Positions 1-8,172 of a DNA stretch of 21,727 nucleotides are shown here, piece by piece; position 1 is the stretch's first letter; each line of letters starts with the position of its first letter. Source of the stretch: Pseudomonadota bacterium (GTDB lineage Bacteria > Myxococcota > JACRCW01 > JAFGSX01); assembly GCA_043821645.1 (NCBI GenBank), contig JBDRCO010000117.1, positions 1 to 21,727 on the forward strand, given 5' to 3'. The position numbers and the translations under genes were made by a program. The notes under the pieces are model-generated. The model searched no databases, was not told where the DNA came from, and was given only the letters and a program-made list of their open reading frames with translations.

Positions 1-1758
1 CGCGTCAACGACGACTTCGGACATCTGGCTGGCGACTACGTACTCAAGAAGGTGGCCAACGAGGTGTCGCGCCGCATCCGCAAGGAAGAGTGCTTCGCCC
101 GCTACGGCGGTGAAGAATTCACGATAGTGCTGCCGGACACCCCCATCGACCGCGGCAAGATCCTGGCCGAGAAGATTCGCGCGTTGGTCGAAGCCACGAC
201 CTTCGAGTTTGAGGACGTAATAATTCCGGTCACTGTGAGCATGGGAATAGCGTCGTTGAAGGATTCAGGACAACACCCCGGAATGAATACAAGTGGCGGC
301 GAGCCAGTAGAAGAGTCGGGGGCGGCTGAAGGACTAATCCGAAGAGCAGATGAGTGCATGTTCTTCGCAAAGCGCGCCGGCAGAAATCGTATCATTTGCG
401 AAGGCGATAATTTGATCGCTGATTCGAAGATCGAGAGGCGCGACAGACAAAGAGTTCTGACAAAGACGCAGTTCCAGAAATATCTAAAGAGCCTCACCAG
501 GGGGGCTGTGAATCCGGAAGAAACCGCGGTAATTTCAAGTCAGCCAGTCCGAGAACTCGGTGCCTTTAGACTCTGCAAGCGGTCAACATATCTTGCTGAA
601 GATGGCGGCTTCACTCTAGATAGTCTAGATGAAATGCTGGGTGATGCCATCATACAGTGCATTGGTGTGAATGACGGAATTGGTAGATATGATGAAGGCT
701 TGTGGCTGGTCGCATTGCACGGAGAAAGCGAGCCAATTTGCGCAAGAATAAAGGAAACATTTTCAAGCTACGTCAAAAGGCAGAATATTGAAGCCAAGAT
801 CGAGATGGCGGCAGCAGGTATCGACTATTCTGTGACAGAAAAAGAAAATATAGCACTGTTGATCGGTATTCTGGAAAGCTCGAGTCATAAGTTGGATCAA
901 CCCAAACTAGATCACCCGACCCCTATAATGCTAGCTCGACAAAGAATTGACGCCGAAACTTCGATCGCGTTGCGCTACGACGCTGTCACGAGGTTTGCTG
1001 AAGTATGCTTGCGATACATATTTTCCCACGTCGCGGCAGATCTTTGTTACAACCACGGATCGAGAGTGTGTGAAGCCACATGGAACAAGCTATCGAGATA
1101 TCTAGAAAAGGACGTTTCTTTGGGGGGATGGCATGAGCTCTGCTATCTGGTATGCAAAGAGTGCGTGAAAATCGAAGGGGAGTGTGTTTCCACCGAGACC
1201 GCCGAGATATTGGCGAAAAAAAGACATGGGTCTACTAGACTATACCAACAGATATCAACGATGGTCGAGTCAAGAAACTCACTCCGACACAAGGATGTAA
1301 GTGAGGAAAAGTACGCCGAGGCATTAACGACTGCTTTGCCTGTGGTGGCCGAACTCATGAGAGCCATGGCTAGCACTTGTCAGGTTCCAGTCGTCGTAAT
1401 TCGCGACGTCAAGATACGACCCAGAGACAAGGAGGCGGTATTCCACTATCAGATCAGAAGATTCATTGGCGGCACACAGTTCGCACCGGTGGTTGAATGG
1501 AAATCAAATGAGTGCCTGGAGAACGATAGGGCATATTGGCTAAGGAATAGAGACGGACTGGCGATTCCAACGGATCCCTTTCTTGTTGTGTCGGGGGCGC
1601 AGAGACCAGCACCTATAATTATGGCCATTTCAAAAGTTGTTGGGGGGGTACCGAAGTACCAAGACCTAGTTCATGGAGATGACGTAGACATTGAGGAAGA
1701 ACTCGTTAGCGCGGTTGATCAGAGTGTTGCTCAAAGGCTTGGAATTAGGGAGGGGTAA
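1..1758 (+). CDS. GGDEF (diguanylate cyclase) domain protein with a probable degenerate second GGDEF-like region and a C-terminal HEPN-like domain; 5' end lies outside the window
   Basis: Frame 1 is open from base 1: RVNDDFGHLAGDYVLKKVA...ARYGGEEF...VTVSMGIA...RADECMFFAKRAGRNR are classic GGDEF motifs. The C-terminal half has HPTPI...SLGGWHEL...RNSLRH (1273-1290). Confidence 0.9.
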   Translation, partial: RVNDDFGHLAGDYVLKKVANEVSRRIRKEECFARYGGEEFTIVLPDTPIDRGKILAEKIRALVEATTFEFEDVIIPVTVSMGIASLKDSGQHPGMNTSGGEPVEESGAAEGLIRRADECMFFAKRAGRNRIICEGDNLIADSKIERRDRQRVLTKTQFQKYLKSLTRGAVNPEETAVISSQPVRELGAFRLCKRSTYLAEDGGFTLDSLDEMLGDAIIQCIGVNDGIGRYDEGLWLVALHGESEPICARIKETFSSYVKRQNIEAKIEMAAAGIDYSVTEKENIALLIGILESSSHKLDQPKLDHPTPIMLARQRIDAETSIALRYDAVTRFAEVCLRYIFSHVAADLCYNHGSRVCEATWNKLSRYLEKDVSLGGWHELCYLVCKECVKIEGECVSTETAEILAKKRHGSTRLYQQISTMVESRNSLRHKDVSEEKYAEALTTALPVVAELMRAMASTCQVPVVVIRDVKIRPRDKEAVFHYQIRRFIGGTQFAPVVEWKSNECLENDRAYWLRNRDGLAIPTDPFLVVSGAQRPAPIIMAISKVVGGVPKYQDLVHGDDVDIEEELVSAVDQSVAQRLGIREG

Positions 1759-1845
1759 TATGCGGGGCATACCCGCACACGGGCGCGAAGAACACGCGTC
1801 AATCGAACGTTGAAAAAAATCTGCCGCGACAGCGGAAAGCCGAAT

Positions 1846-1930
1846 TCAAGCGTTATTGATTCCCGAGGCCCCGGCCTTCTTCCTCGCCTTGTAGGCCTTC
1901 CAGGCGTCGATCATCTTGTTGCTGGACTTC
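1846..1930 (-). pseudogene. Remnant copy of the 3' end of the Lys/Ala-rich basic protein gene at 3387-3728
   Basis: Encodes SSNKMIDAWKAYKARKKAGA versus SSNKMISAWKAYQERKKAGA. No matching N-terminal part before the ATPase stop at 1997. Confidence 0.6.
1871..1926. repeat. 56-bp imperfect direct repeat, copy 1 (copy 2 at 3394-3449)
   Basis: 49/56 identical by manual alignment, no gaps. Confidence 0.9.
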
Positions 1931-1996
1931 GCGCCCACTCGACTCGTGCGGCCTGGCAAGCGGGTACGCGAGCTGGCCTGAGACCAACCCACCACA

Positions 1997-3256
1997 TCAA
2001 ACCATGTGGACGGGCACGGCCACGGTCCGCTCGTCGACGAGGAACAGCTCGTCGCCGCCGTGCACGACAATCGCAGCAGCCACCCGAAGTCCTGGATAGG
2101 TGTCGATAAAACTCCGAATGCCGCTCAGATCTCGAGTCGAGGGACGGGAGCTGAGCTTGATCTCGACCGGGAAGTAGACTCCATCGCGCTCCAGCAGCAG
2201 GTCCACCTCGGCACCAGCCGAGGTTCGCCAGTGCCAGCACACAGGCTTGACCGCGAGCGCCGCTGCCTGCTTCAGCAGCTCGAGAACCACGTGGGATTCA
2301 AACAGGTTGCCTGTCCGCGGATGGTCCTGCACAGCCCTGGGCGACGAGATGGAGAGCAGATGGCAGCAGAGCCCCGAGTCCACCAAATGGACTTTTGGGC
2401 GACCCGAGATGCGCTTGAGCGTGTTCCCCGAAAAGGCATCCAGAGTCACGACCATGTATGAGCCAATCAGCGTCTGCAGCCACTGCGCTGCGGTCCGTGG
2501 CGTTACGCCAATCTCGCGACCAAGCTGCGAGGCGTTGATCTCCTGCGCGGTGAGCGCAGCAAGAAGACGGAAGAACCGCGAGAACTGATGCGGATCATTG
2601 AAATCGCGCAGCGTGCGAACGTCGCGCTCGATGTACGTGCGAATGTAAGAATCGAACCACGCCGGCGTCTCGTCGGTCCTGAACGCCTGCAAGCCAGGAA
2701 AGCCGCCACGAAACAGCCGCTCGTACAGGACTGTGGTCCCGCCAGAGCCGCTTGTGCGCGCAAGCCGCTTCAGGAGACCACGGACGTCGCGAACGGGCTG
2801 CGGCACGAACAGCGCCCGCACGAGCCCACCCTGCGTCGCAGCGGCGAGCTCGAGTTGGGACATTGGCAAGAGATCGACAAGCAAGGCTCGACCAGCCAGG
2901 CTCTCCTGGGCGCGACCCAGAACCTGAAACTGCTGCGACCCGGTCAAGAAGTACTGCCCTTTGCGACCCGGCTTCCTGTCCACCACTCGCTTGAGCACGG
3001 GCAGAAGCTCCGGCGCGTGCTGGATCTCGTCGAGAATCAACGGTGGCGAATTGTGCTGAAGGAACAGCTCGGGATCGCGCCGGGCATTACCCACGTCGGA
3101 GACGGGATCGAACACGAATGTTGCCGCACGAGCGCCAAACAGGTGCGCGAGCAGTGTCGACTTTCCAGATTGACGCGCGCCAGCCAGCACCACGACGGGA
3201 AAGCGCCTTGCTAGCGTCTTAAGCCTCTGTTCGACGTGCCGATCTCGGTACTTCAT
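1997..3256 (-). CDS. AAA+ ATPase, AAA_14 + DUF4143 family (C-terminal PD-(D/E)xK-like domain)
   Basis: Walker A GARQSGKST, Walker B LILDEIQ, LTGS, ESLAGR, GGFP, YIERDV, GNLFES, C-terminal EVDLL...PVEIK. Confidence 0.93.
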   Translation of the reverse strand: MKYRDRHVEQRLKTLARRFPVVVLAGARQSGKSTLLAHLFGARAATFVFDPVSDVGNARRDPELFLQHNSPPLILDEIQHAPELLPVLKRVVDRKPGRKGQYFLTGSQQFQVLGRAQESLAGRALLVDLLPMSQLELAAATQGGLVRALFVPQPVRDVRGLLKRLARTSGSGGTTVLYERLFRGGFPGLQAFRTDETPAWFDSYIRTYIERDVRTLRDFNDPHQFSRFFRLLAALTAQEINASQLGREIGVTPRTAAQWLQTLIGSYMVVTLDAFSGNTLKRISGRPKVHLVDSGLCCHLLSISSPRAVQDHPRTGNLFESHVVLELLKQAAALAVKPVCWHWRTSAGAEVDLLLERDGVYFPVEIKLSSRPSTRDLSGIRSFIDTYPGLRVAAAIVVHGGDELFLVDERTVAVPVHMV

Positions 3257-3265
3257 ACACCTTGC

Positions 3266-3294
3266 ATTTTAGTACTGCAGGTATCATATTGCAA
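3266..3294 (-). promoter_or_regulatory. Sigma70-type promoter of the DUF4143 ATPase
   Basis: Minus strand TTGCAA-N17-TAAAAT, ending 9 nt before the ATG at 3256, within an AT-rich patch. Confidence 0.65.
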
Positions 3295-3386
3295 GATGTT
3301 TCTTTTTGGTGTCACCGGCCTTGGCGATGTCCCCACCCCTGCCCTCGCCACATCGCCGCACTTCGCAGTGACGGGTGCTGTCAAAC

Positions 3387-3728
3387 TCAAGCACCGGCCT
3401 TCTTCCTCTCCTGGTAAGCCTTCCACGCACTGATCATCTTGTTGCTGGAGCGCTCGTCCACGCCCTTGACCACGGACTTGCGGCCAGGCTTGCCAGGGGT
3501 TTTTGGCTTCAAAGCCTTTGCTGCAGGCTTGCGGCCACGCTTGATGCGGACCTTGGCCTTCTTGGCCGCCTTCTTCGCGGCCTTCTTGGTCCGGTACACG
3601 ACCTTGCTCTGGGTCGTGAGAACCTTGCGGGTGTCCTGCAGGCGCTTGATCTCGCCCTTGACGAGGCGGACCTCCGCTTCCAGTCCCTTGATGGCGGCGT
3701 CTATCTGCTTGCGGGCGCTGTCGTACAT
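3387..3728 (-). CDS. Small Lys/Ala-rich basic protein (N-terminal coiled coil, histone H1-like tail), possibly DNA-binding
   Basis: KKAAKKAAKKAK repeats, heptad-like N-terminus, AAGGAG Shine-Dalgarno upstream of the ATG. Confidence 0.75.
   Translation of the reverse strand: MYDSARKQIDAAIKGLEAEVRLVKGEIKRLQDTRKVLTTQSKVVYRTKKAAKKAAKKAKVRIKRGRKPAAKALKPKTPGKPGRKSVVKGVDERSSNKMISAWKAYQERKKAGA
3394..3449. repeat. 56-bp imperfect direct repeat, copy 2 (copy 1 at 1871-1926)
   Basis: 49/56 identical to copy 1. Confidence 0.9.
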
Positions 3729-3828
3729 GGGTTCTCGCTCCTTGTCTCGGTCTTCAGGATGCCAGGAATTCAGTCAAACTTCCCGGAAAAACAAGAGTAA
3801 TGCCATTCAGTGGTCATTCCTCTTGATA

Positions 3829-3939
3829 TTCCCTGACGGGAAAATAGCTTGAATGGAGGTGAAAATCAAGTATATTATCCCTGACGGTAAGAATGCAATC
3901 TCAGGGGGGCCGTCACGCAATGAATGCACCGTACGGGAA
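3829..3939 (+). promoter_or_regulatory. hipBA promoter with three putative HipB operator palindromes
   Basis: TTCCCtgacGGGAA (3829-3842), ATCCCtgacGGTAA (3877-3890), GCACCgtacGGGAA (3926-3939). TTGAAT (3849-3854) and TATATT/TATTAT (3871-3878) lie among them. Confidence 0.65.
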
Positions 3940-4174
3940 AATACAGGATACCAGGGCACTGGGCGCCCTTCTGCGCGCCTCACGCAAGCAACGTGGCGTG
4001 ACCCAGGCCTCGGTGGCTGGCCTCAGCGGTGTTGGCATTCGCTTCCTGTCGGAGCTGGAGCGCGGCAAGGACACGGCGGAGCTTGGAAAGGCCCTGAAGG
4101 TCCTGCAGAGGCTTGGTCTGGAGCTGTGGGTCGTTCCCAGAGGACACAGGCCAGGAGACGACCTTGGCGGCTGA
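3920..4174 (+). CDS. hipB: HipB-like XRE/HTH antitoxin
   Basis: LGALLRASRKQRGVTQASVAGLSGVGIRFLSELERGKDTAELGKALKVL is an HTH_3 pattern. Overlaps the start of hipA. Confidence 0.9.
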   Translation: MNAPYGKIQDTRALGALLRASRKQRGVTQASVAGLSGVGIRFLSELERGKDTAELGKALKVLQRLGLELWVVPRGHRPGDDLGG

Positions 4175-5426
4175 GAGGCTGCTGGTCTTCTACCAGCGCG
4201 AGCTCGTGGGTCAGCTCGACCGCCTCGACGACGGCAGCCTGGAGTTCTGCTACGCGCCCTCCTGGCTGGGCTCGCCTGGACGCTTCGCCGTCTCGCTGAG
4301 CCTGCCGATCACTGGCGAGGCCTACGCGGGCGCCGTCGTCGCCTCCTTCTTCGGCAACCTCCTGCCGGAGGGTGCCGTGCGGACCCTCGTCGCCAGGCGC
4401 CTTGGCCTGTCCGAGGACAATGACTTCGCCCTGCTGCGGGCTCTTGGTGGCGAGTGCGCCGGTGCCCTCACCCTCGTCGTCGACGAGCCTCCTGCAGGAC
4501 CCGGCAGCTACGAGGAGATCAAGCGCAGGGAGATTTTGAAGCTCTGTGCTGACACCGCCGTGGCAGCCACCCTGCTTGGCCAGGGACGCCTGCGACTGTC
4601 CATGGCCGGGGCGCAGGACAAGCTGCCTGTCCTCGTCGAGGATGGGCGCTTCTACCTGCCCCTCGACGGGGCGCCAAGCACCCACCTGCTGAAGTTCTCG
4701 AACCGGGATTTTCCCAACCTCCCGGCCAACGAGTGGTTCACGACGTCACTGGCCCGACGGGTCGGGCTACCGGTGGTCGGGCTGGAGGTGGTGCTCGACG
4801 GGCAGGCCTGCCTGGTGGAGCGGTTCGACAGGGTACGTGGGGTCGACGGCAGCGTGCTCAGGCTGCATCAGGAGGACTTCTGCCAGGCCTTCGGGCTTCC
4901 TCGCCACACCAAGTACGAGCAAGAGGGTGGCCCCTCGTTCGCTCGCTGCTTCGAGCTGGTCACCAGGGAGTCCTCGGACCCCCTGGCGGACAGTGACACG
5001 CTGCTTCGCTGGCAGGTCTTCAATGCGCTCGTGGGAGCCGCTGACGGACACGCCAAGAACCTCGCCCTGCTCTACCCTGCCCTGCCCTCCTCGCCCCGCC
5101 TGGCGCCGTTGTACGACCTCGTGTGCACCCGCGTGTATCCTCGGCTCAGTACCAGGCTCGCCATGCGCGTGGGTTCGGTTGACGACCCCGGCCAGCTCAC
5201 GAGCAAGGACTGGGGCGAGCTGGCGAGGGCCACGGGGGTCAGTGCGCCATTCCTGCAAAAGCTCGTCGTGGGTCTGGCAGATGAGGTCCTGGGGAATGTC
5301 GACGCGGTAGCTGCCGAGCTCGACGCTCAGCTCAAGGCCACGGTCGGGCGGGACTGGCTGAGGCCTGTGGTCCTGAAGAATGCCAGGAGGGTGAGGAAGA
5401 ACTGCCTGCCGCCGAAGAAGGGCTGA
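4164..5426 (+). CDS. hipA: HipA-family toxin kinase (N-terminal Couple_hipA + HipA_C)
   Basis: SLSLP, FGNLLPEG, SMAGAQDK, LVERFDR, LHQEDFCQA, KYE, DGHAKN, LAPLYDL. TTG start at 4164 follows AGGAG. Confidence 0.93.
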   Translation: MAAERLLVFYQRELVGQLDRLDDGSLEFCYAPSWLGSPGRFAVSLSLPITGEAYAGAVVASFFGNLLPEGAVRTLVARRLGLSEDNDFALLRALGGECAGALTLVVDEPPAGPGSYEEIKRREILKLCADTAVAATLLGQGRLRLSMAGAQDKLPVLVEDGRFYLPLDGAPSTHLLKFSNRDFPNLPANEWFTTSLARRVGLPVVGLEVVLDGQACLVERFDRVRGVDGSVLRLHQEDFCQAFGLPRHTKYEQEGGPSFARCFELVTRESSDPLADSDTLLRWQVFNALVGAADGHAKNLALLYPALPSSPRLAPLYDLVCTRVYPRLSTRLAMRVGSVDDPGQLTSKDWGELARATGVSAPFLQKLVVGLADEVLGNVDAVAAELDAQLKATVGRDWLRPVVLKNARRVRKNCLPPKKG

Positions 5427-5442
5427 GGGACGTTGGGGCGTC

Positions 5443-6108
5443 TTGCCCTTGCAGGAAAAGCTGCTGATGACGGTGACCAGGGACAGAAAGAGCCTCGTGC
5501 AGGCAAAGCCTGGCGTCGCCAGGCAGTGGAACGTCGAGCGCAATGGCGACCTGAAGGCCGATGAAGTCACCCCGGGCAGCAAGAAGAAGGTCTGGTGGCG
5601 CTGCTCGAAGGGCCACGAGTGGCAGGCCACGATCATATCCAGGTCAGCGGGCGCGAGCTGCCCCTACTGCCTGGGTCGGCTGGCGGCCGACGACAACTCG
5701 CTCGGTGCCCTCTTCCCGGACCTGGCGGCCGAGTGGGACCACGAGAAGAACCCCGAGCCAGGGCCCAGCCGGGTCAGGCCCGGCAGCCTTCGCCAGGTCT
5801 GGTGGCTGTGCCCGGAGGGGCACTCCTACGAGGCGAGGATTCTTACTCGCAAGAACGGTCACGGCTGCCCGTACTGCGCCGGCCAGAGAGCCGGCTACGG
5901 GCGCAGCCTGGCGGACCAGCACCCTGCCCTGGCCCTTGAGTGGCATCCGACCAGGAATCGGAAGCTCGAGCCTTCCGACGTCACGCCAGGATCCGGGCGC
6001 AAGGTGTGGTGGAGGTGTGCCCGGGGCCATGTGTGGCAGGCGAGCGTGAACAGCCGGTCACATGGGAGCGGGTGCATGCGCTGCTACATGAAGCACGGGG
6101 GCAAGTAG
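5443..6108 (+). CDS. Zinc-ribbon repeat protein (DUF4379-like, three repeats)
   Basis: Three copies of WxxxxN...PGSxxxVWWxCxxGHx[WY]xA...GxxCxxC. Start could be 5443 (TTG) or 5467 (ATG). Confidence 0.85.
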   Translation: MPLQEKLLMTVTRDRKSLVQAKPGVARQWNVERNGDLKADEVTPGSKKKVWWRCSKGHEWQATIISRSAGASCPYCLGRLAADDNSLGALFPDLAAEWDHEKNPEPGPSRVRPGSLRQVWWLCPEGHSYEARILTRKNGHGCPYCAGQRAGYGRSLADQHPALALEWHPTRNRKLEPSDVTPGSGRKVWWRCARGHVWQASVNSRSHGSGCMRCYMKHGGK

Positions 6109-6186
6109 CATCCGGAAGCCACCGCAGCGCGTCGCCTGGGTGCTTGCTGGCCCCGCGCCGCACGGCGTCGGTGGGAGCCCCTCCGG

Positions 6187-6423
6187 TTAACCCAGGTCCG
6201 TGGCTGCAATGGCGACCGTGTGACCGCAATTCGGGCAGACGTAAGCACAGACCTCGCCGAGGCCCTGGATGGCGTACTCGCGGGCCCACTGGGGGACGTC
6301 GGGGGCGACGTGGCGCTGGAGGTAGCTGCCCTCCCGGAGCTCCGTGTAGGGCTCCTTGCTCGTCCAGACCTGGTCGACGACCGATGGGGTCTGGCAGCGC
6401 TGGCAGAGGAAGGTGGAGGGCAT
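6187..6423 (-). CDS. Small hypothetical protein with two CxxC pairs (zinc ribbon)
   Basis: MPSTFLCQRC...YVCPNCGH. Start inferred at ATG 6423; weak RBS. Confidence 0.6.
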   Translation of the reverse strand: MPSTFLCQRCQTPSVVDQVWTSKEPYTELREGSYLQRHVAPDVPQWAREYAIQGLGEVCAYVCPNCGHTVAIAATDLG

Positions 6424-6506
6424 GGGGCATTCTTGCCGGCACCCCCGGTGGGAGGCAAACGCTGTCAGGTGCCGATAGGAGCACGCTGGCAAAGGAAGCT
6501 AGCCGG

Positions 6507-7388
6507 TCATGGAAGGACCTCGGTGTAGCTCATGGTCCCGACCGCCGGAATCTTCAGAAGCGCGAAAGTAGGGTTCGTGTCGTCCATGGCTCCCGAGCGA
6601 CCCATAAGATGGGCGCGGCAGGACCTGGTGACCTTCCACGAGTACCGGTCGTCGCCAGGGTCATGGATGTGGCCGCACAGGATGGCTTCCACCTGGAGGT
6701 CCTTGACCACCTGCTCGAGTCGTTCGAGGTCGCTCGCGAGGTAGCCGTACTCGAGCTCCTCCTGGAAGAGGCTGGAGAGGGACTGGGGCTGACTCTGGAT
6801 GGGTGGGCCGTGAGTGGCCAGGACGCGACGGCAGTCGCGGCCGTCCTCGCCGGAGCGCAGGCACTGCTCCTCCGCGTCCCGGAAACAGGAGATGGCCACG
6901 TCGCCCGTCACGCGGCCCGTGCTGTCGCTGGCGAGCAGACGGACGTGGCCGAGGTCCTTGTGCAGGGGGAACAGGTCGCCGTCCTCGTCGAGGAGGTCTG
7001 CCGGTCTCGCCAGCTCTCCTGCCCAGTCGCAGAAGGCCTGGTAGTGGTCGCCGGCATCACGCCGTGCGGCTGCCGTGAGGACCTGGCGAAACTGTGTCGT
7101 GCGGCTCGCCCGGCCGGACACCCGGAAGACGTCGTGGTTGCCCACGACGATGGTCAGGCGGTCGCGCTTCCACAGGCCCAGGCGCCTGAGCTCGCGCTTC
7201 ACGGCGGCACGATCTCGCTGCATGGCCCCGGCGCTGTCGAAGGTGTCGCCCACGATGACAACGTGGTCGGGTTTTCTGGCGGCCACCGCCTCGAACATGG
7301 TGCAGGCCAGGTCCCACGAGTCCGGGTGATGCCTGCTGTCTATGTGCTGGTCGGAGAGGACCGCGAGCTTGAAGGTGCGGGAACTCAC
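6507..7388 (-). CDS. Calcineurin-like metallophosphoesterase
   Basis: All five motifs present: SDQH, VGDT, VGNHD, THGP, CGHIH. GTG start overlaps the upstream TGA (GTGA). Confidence 0.9.
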   Translation of the reverse strand: MSSRTFKLAVLSDQHIDSRHHPDSWDLACTMFEAVAARKPDHVVIVGDTFDSAGAMQRDRAAVKRELRRLGLWKRDRLTIVVGNHDVFRVSGRASRTTQFRQVLTAAARRDAGDHYQAFCDWAGELARPADLLDEDGDLFPLHKDLGHVRLLASDSTGRVTGDVAISCFRDAEEQCLRSGEDGRDCRRVLATHGPPIQSQPQSLSSLFQEELEYGYLASDLERLEQVVKDLQVEAILCGHIHDPGDDRYSWKVTRSCRAHLMGRSGAMDDTNPTFALLKIPAVGTMSYTEVLP

Positions 7389-8044
7389 TGCTTCTTGCCT
7401 GCCATCGCGGCCACCAGCTTGAGTGGACCGCGAGTCTCGAGGTCCAGCTCCAGGCTGCCTGGGCTGACCTTGAGATTCTTGATGGCGAAGAGGTCACCAA
7501 CGCGCTGGCCGAGGACCGTCCTGTCGATGAGCTTCCTGGTCTGCTCGAGCTTGTCGATATGACAGGTGACCACGCCGTTCTTGTAGTCGATGCCACTGGT
7601 ATCAAGATTCTCGAGCGTCTCGGCCTCGATGTCGGGGAAGAGTGCCTTGAGGATGGCCAGGACCAGCGCTCCCATGATGCGGCGGACGAAGCCGCCGTCT
7701 GCCTCGAGCTTGGGGTCCACGTCGATCTTCAGGACGCCCATGCAGCCTGTCTTCGAGAAGCGGCAATTGCTACCGGTCACCCGAACCTTCATCAGGGAGC
7801 CAAGCATTCTCCTTGGCTTTCCCTCGAGCACGATGGTGTCTTGGTCAAGGCGAAGATTCACGTTGTCCAGATCGTCGGCAATGCTGGACCTCGCGTGGCG
7901 TTGCAGGGTTTTCTCGGGAATGGCCAGGTGGCCTCGCTTCAGCGCTCCGAGGAAGTTCGCGCCGACGAGGTCCTTCAGGAGCTCATCGAGGCCGTGCTTG
8001 CTGGCGGCCCTTGCTGCATCACCGAGCTTGTCGAGAAGGCTCAT
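7385..8044 (-). CDS. Hypothetical protein, translationally coupled to the metallophosphoesterase
   Basis: Clean ORF, GGAGGG Shine-Dalgarno before ATG 8044, 4-nt overlap with the next gene. No recognised motif. Confidence 0.75.
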   Translation of the reverse strand: MSLLDKLGDAARAASKHGLDELLKDLVGANFLGALKRGHLAIPEKTLQRHARSSIADDLDNVNLRLDQDTIVLEGKPRRMLGSLMKVRVTGSNCRFSKTGCMGVLKIDVDPKLEADGGFVRRIMGALVLAILKALFPDIEAETLENLDTSGIDYKNGVVTCHIDKLEQTRKLIDRTVLGQRVGDLFAIKNLKVSPGSLELDLETRGPLKLVAAMAGKKQ

Positions 8045-8172
8045 GGGGTACCCCTCCATGTCACAGCCCCGAAACCCATCAGACAGCGTCAGAATGCAGG
8101 TTGTCGACGCCCGCTCTCAAGCAGCGCTCGTGGGTCCATGCTCCGCTCCGAGATGTCCTCAGGCGCACGCAC

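Noticed and set aside
1801-1861. Imperfect inverted repeat ending AATTCAAGCGTTA, reminiscent of the right end of aadA-type integron attC sites
   Set aside because: No matching RYYYAAC/L'' left half, GTT is not followed by RRRY, and there is no integrase or second attC in the window.
3311-3372. Hairpin GGCGATGT/ACATCGCC downstream of the basic-protein gene as a terminator
   Set aside because: Loop is ~19 nt and there is no U-tract on the minus strand.
5490-6090. Repeated DNA segments that could suggest a CRISPR-like array
   Set aside because: They are the coding zinc-ribbon repeats. There is no repeat-spacer array or cas gene in the window.
5940-7562. 540-aa plus-strand ORF and many other long overlapping ORFs (e.g. 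4767-5636, 8788-9723, 15176-16006)
   Set aside because: Antisense or alternate-frame shadows of motif-supported genes, as expected in high-GC DNA.
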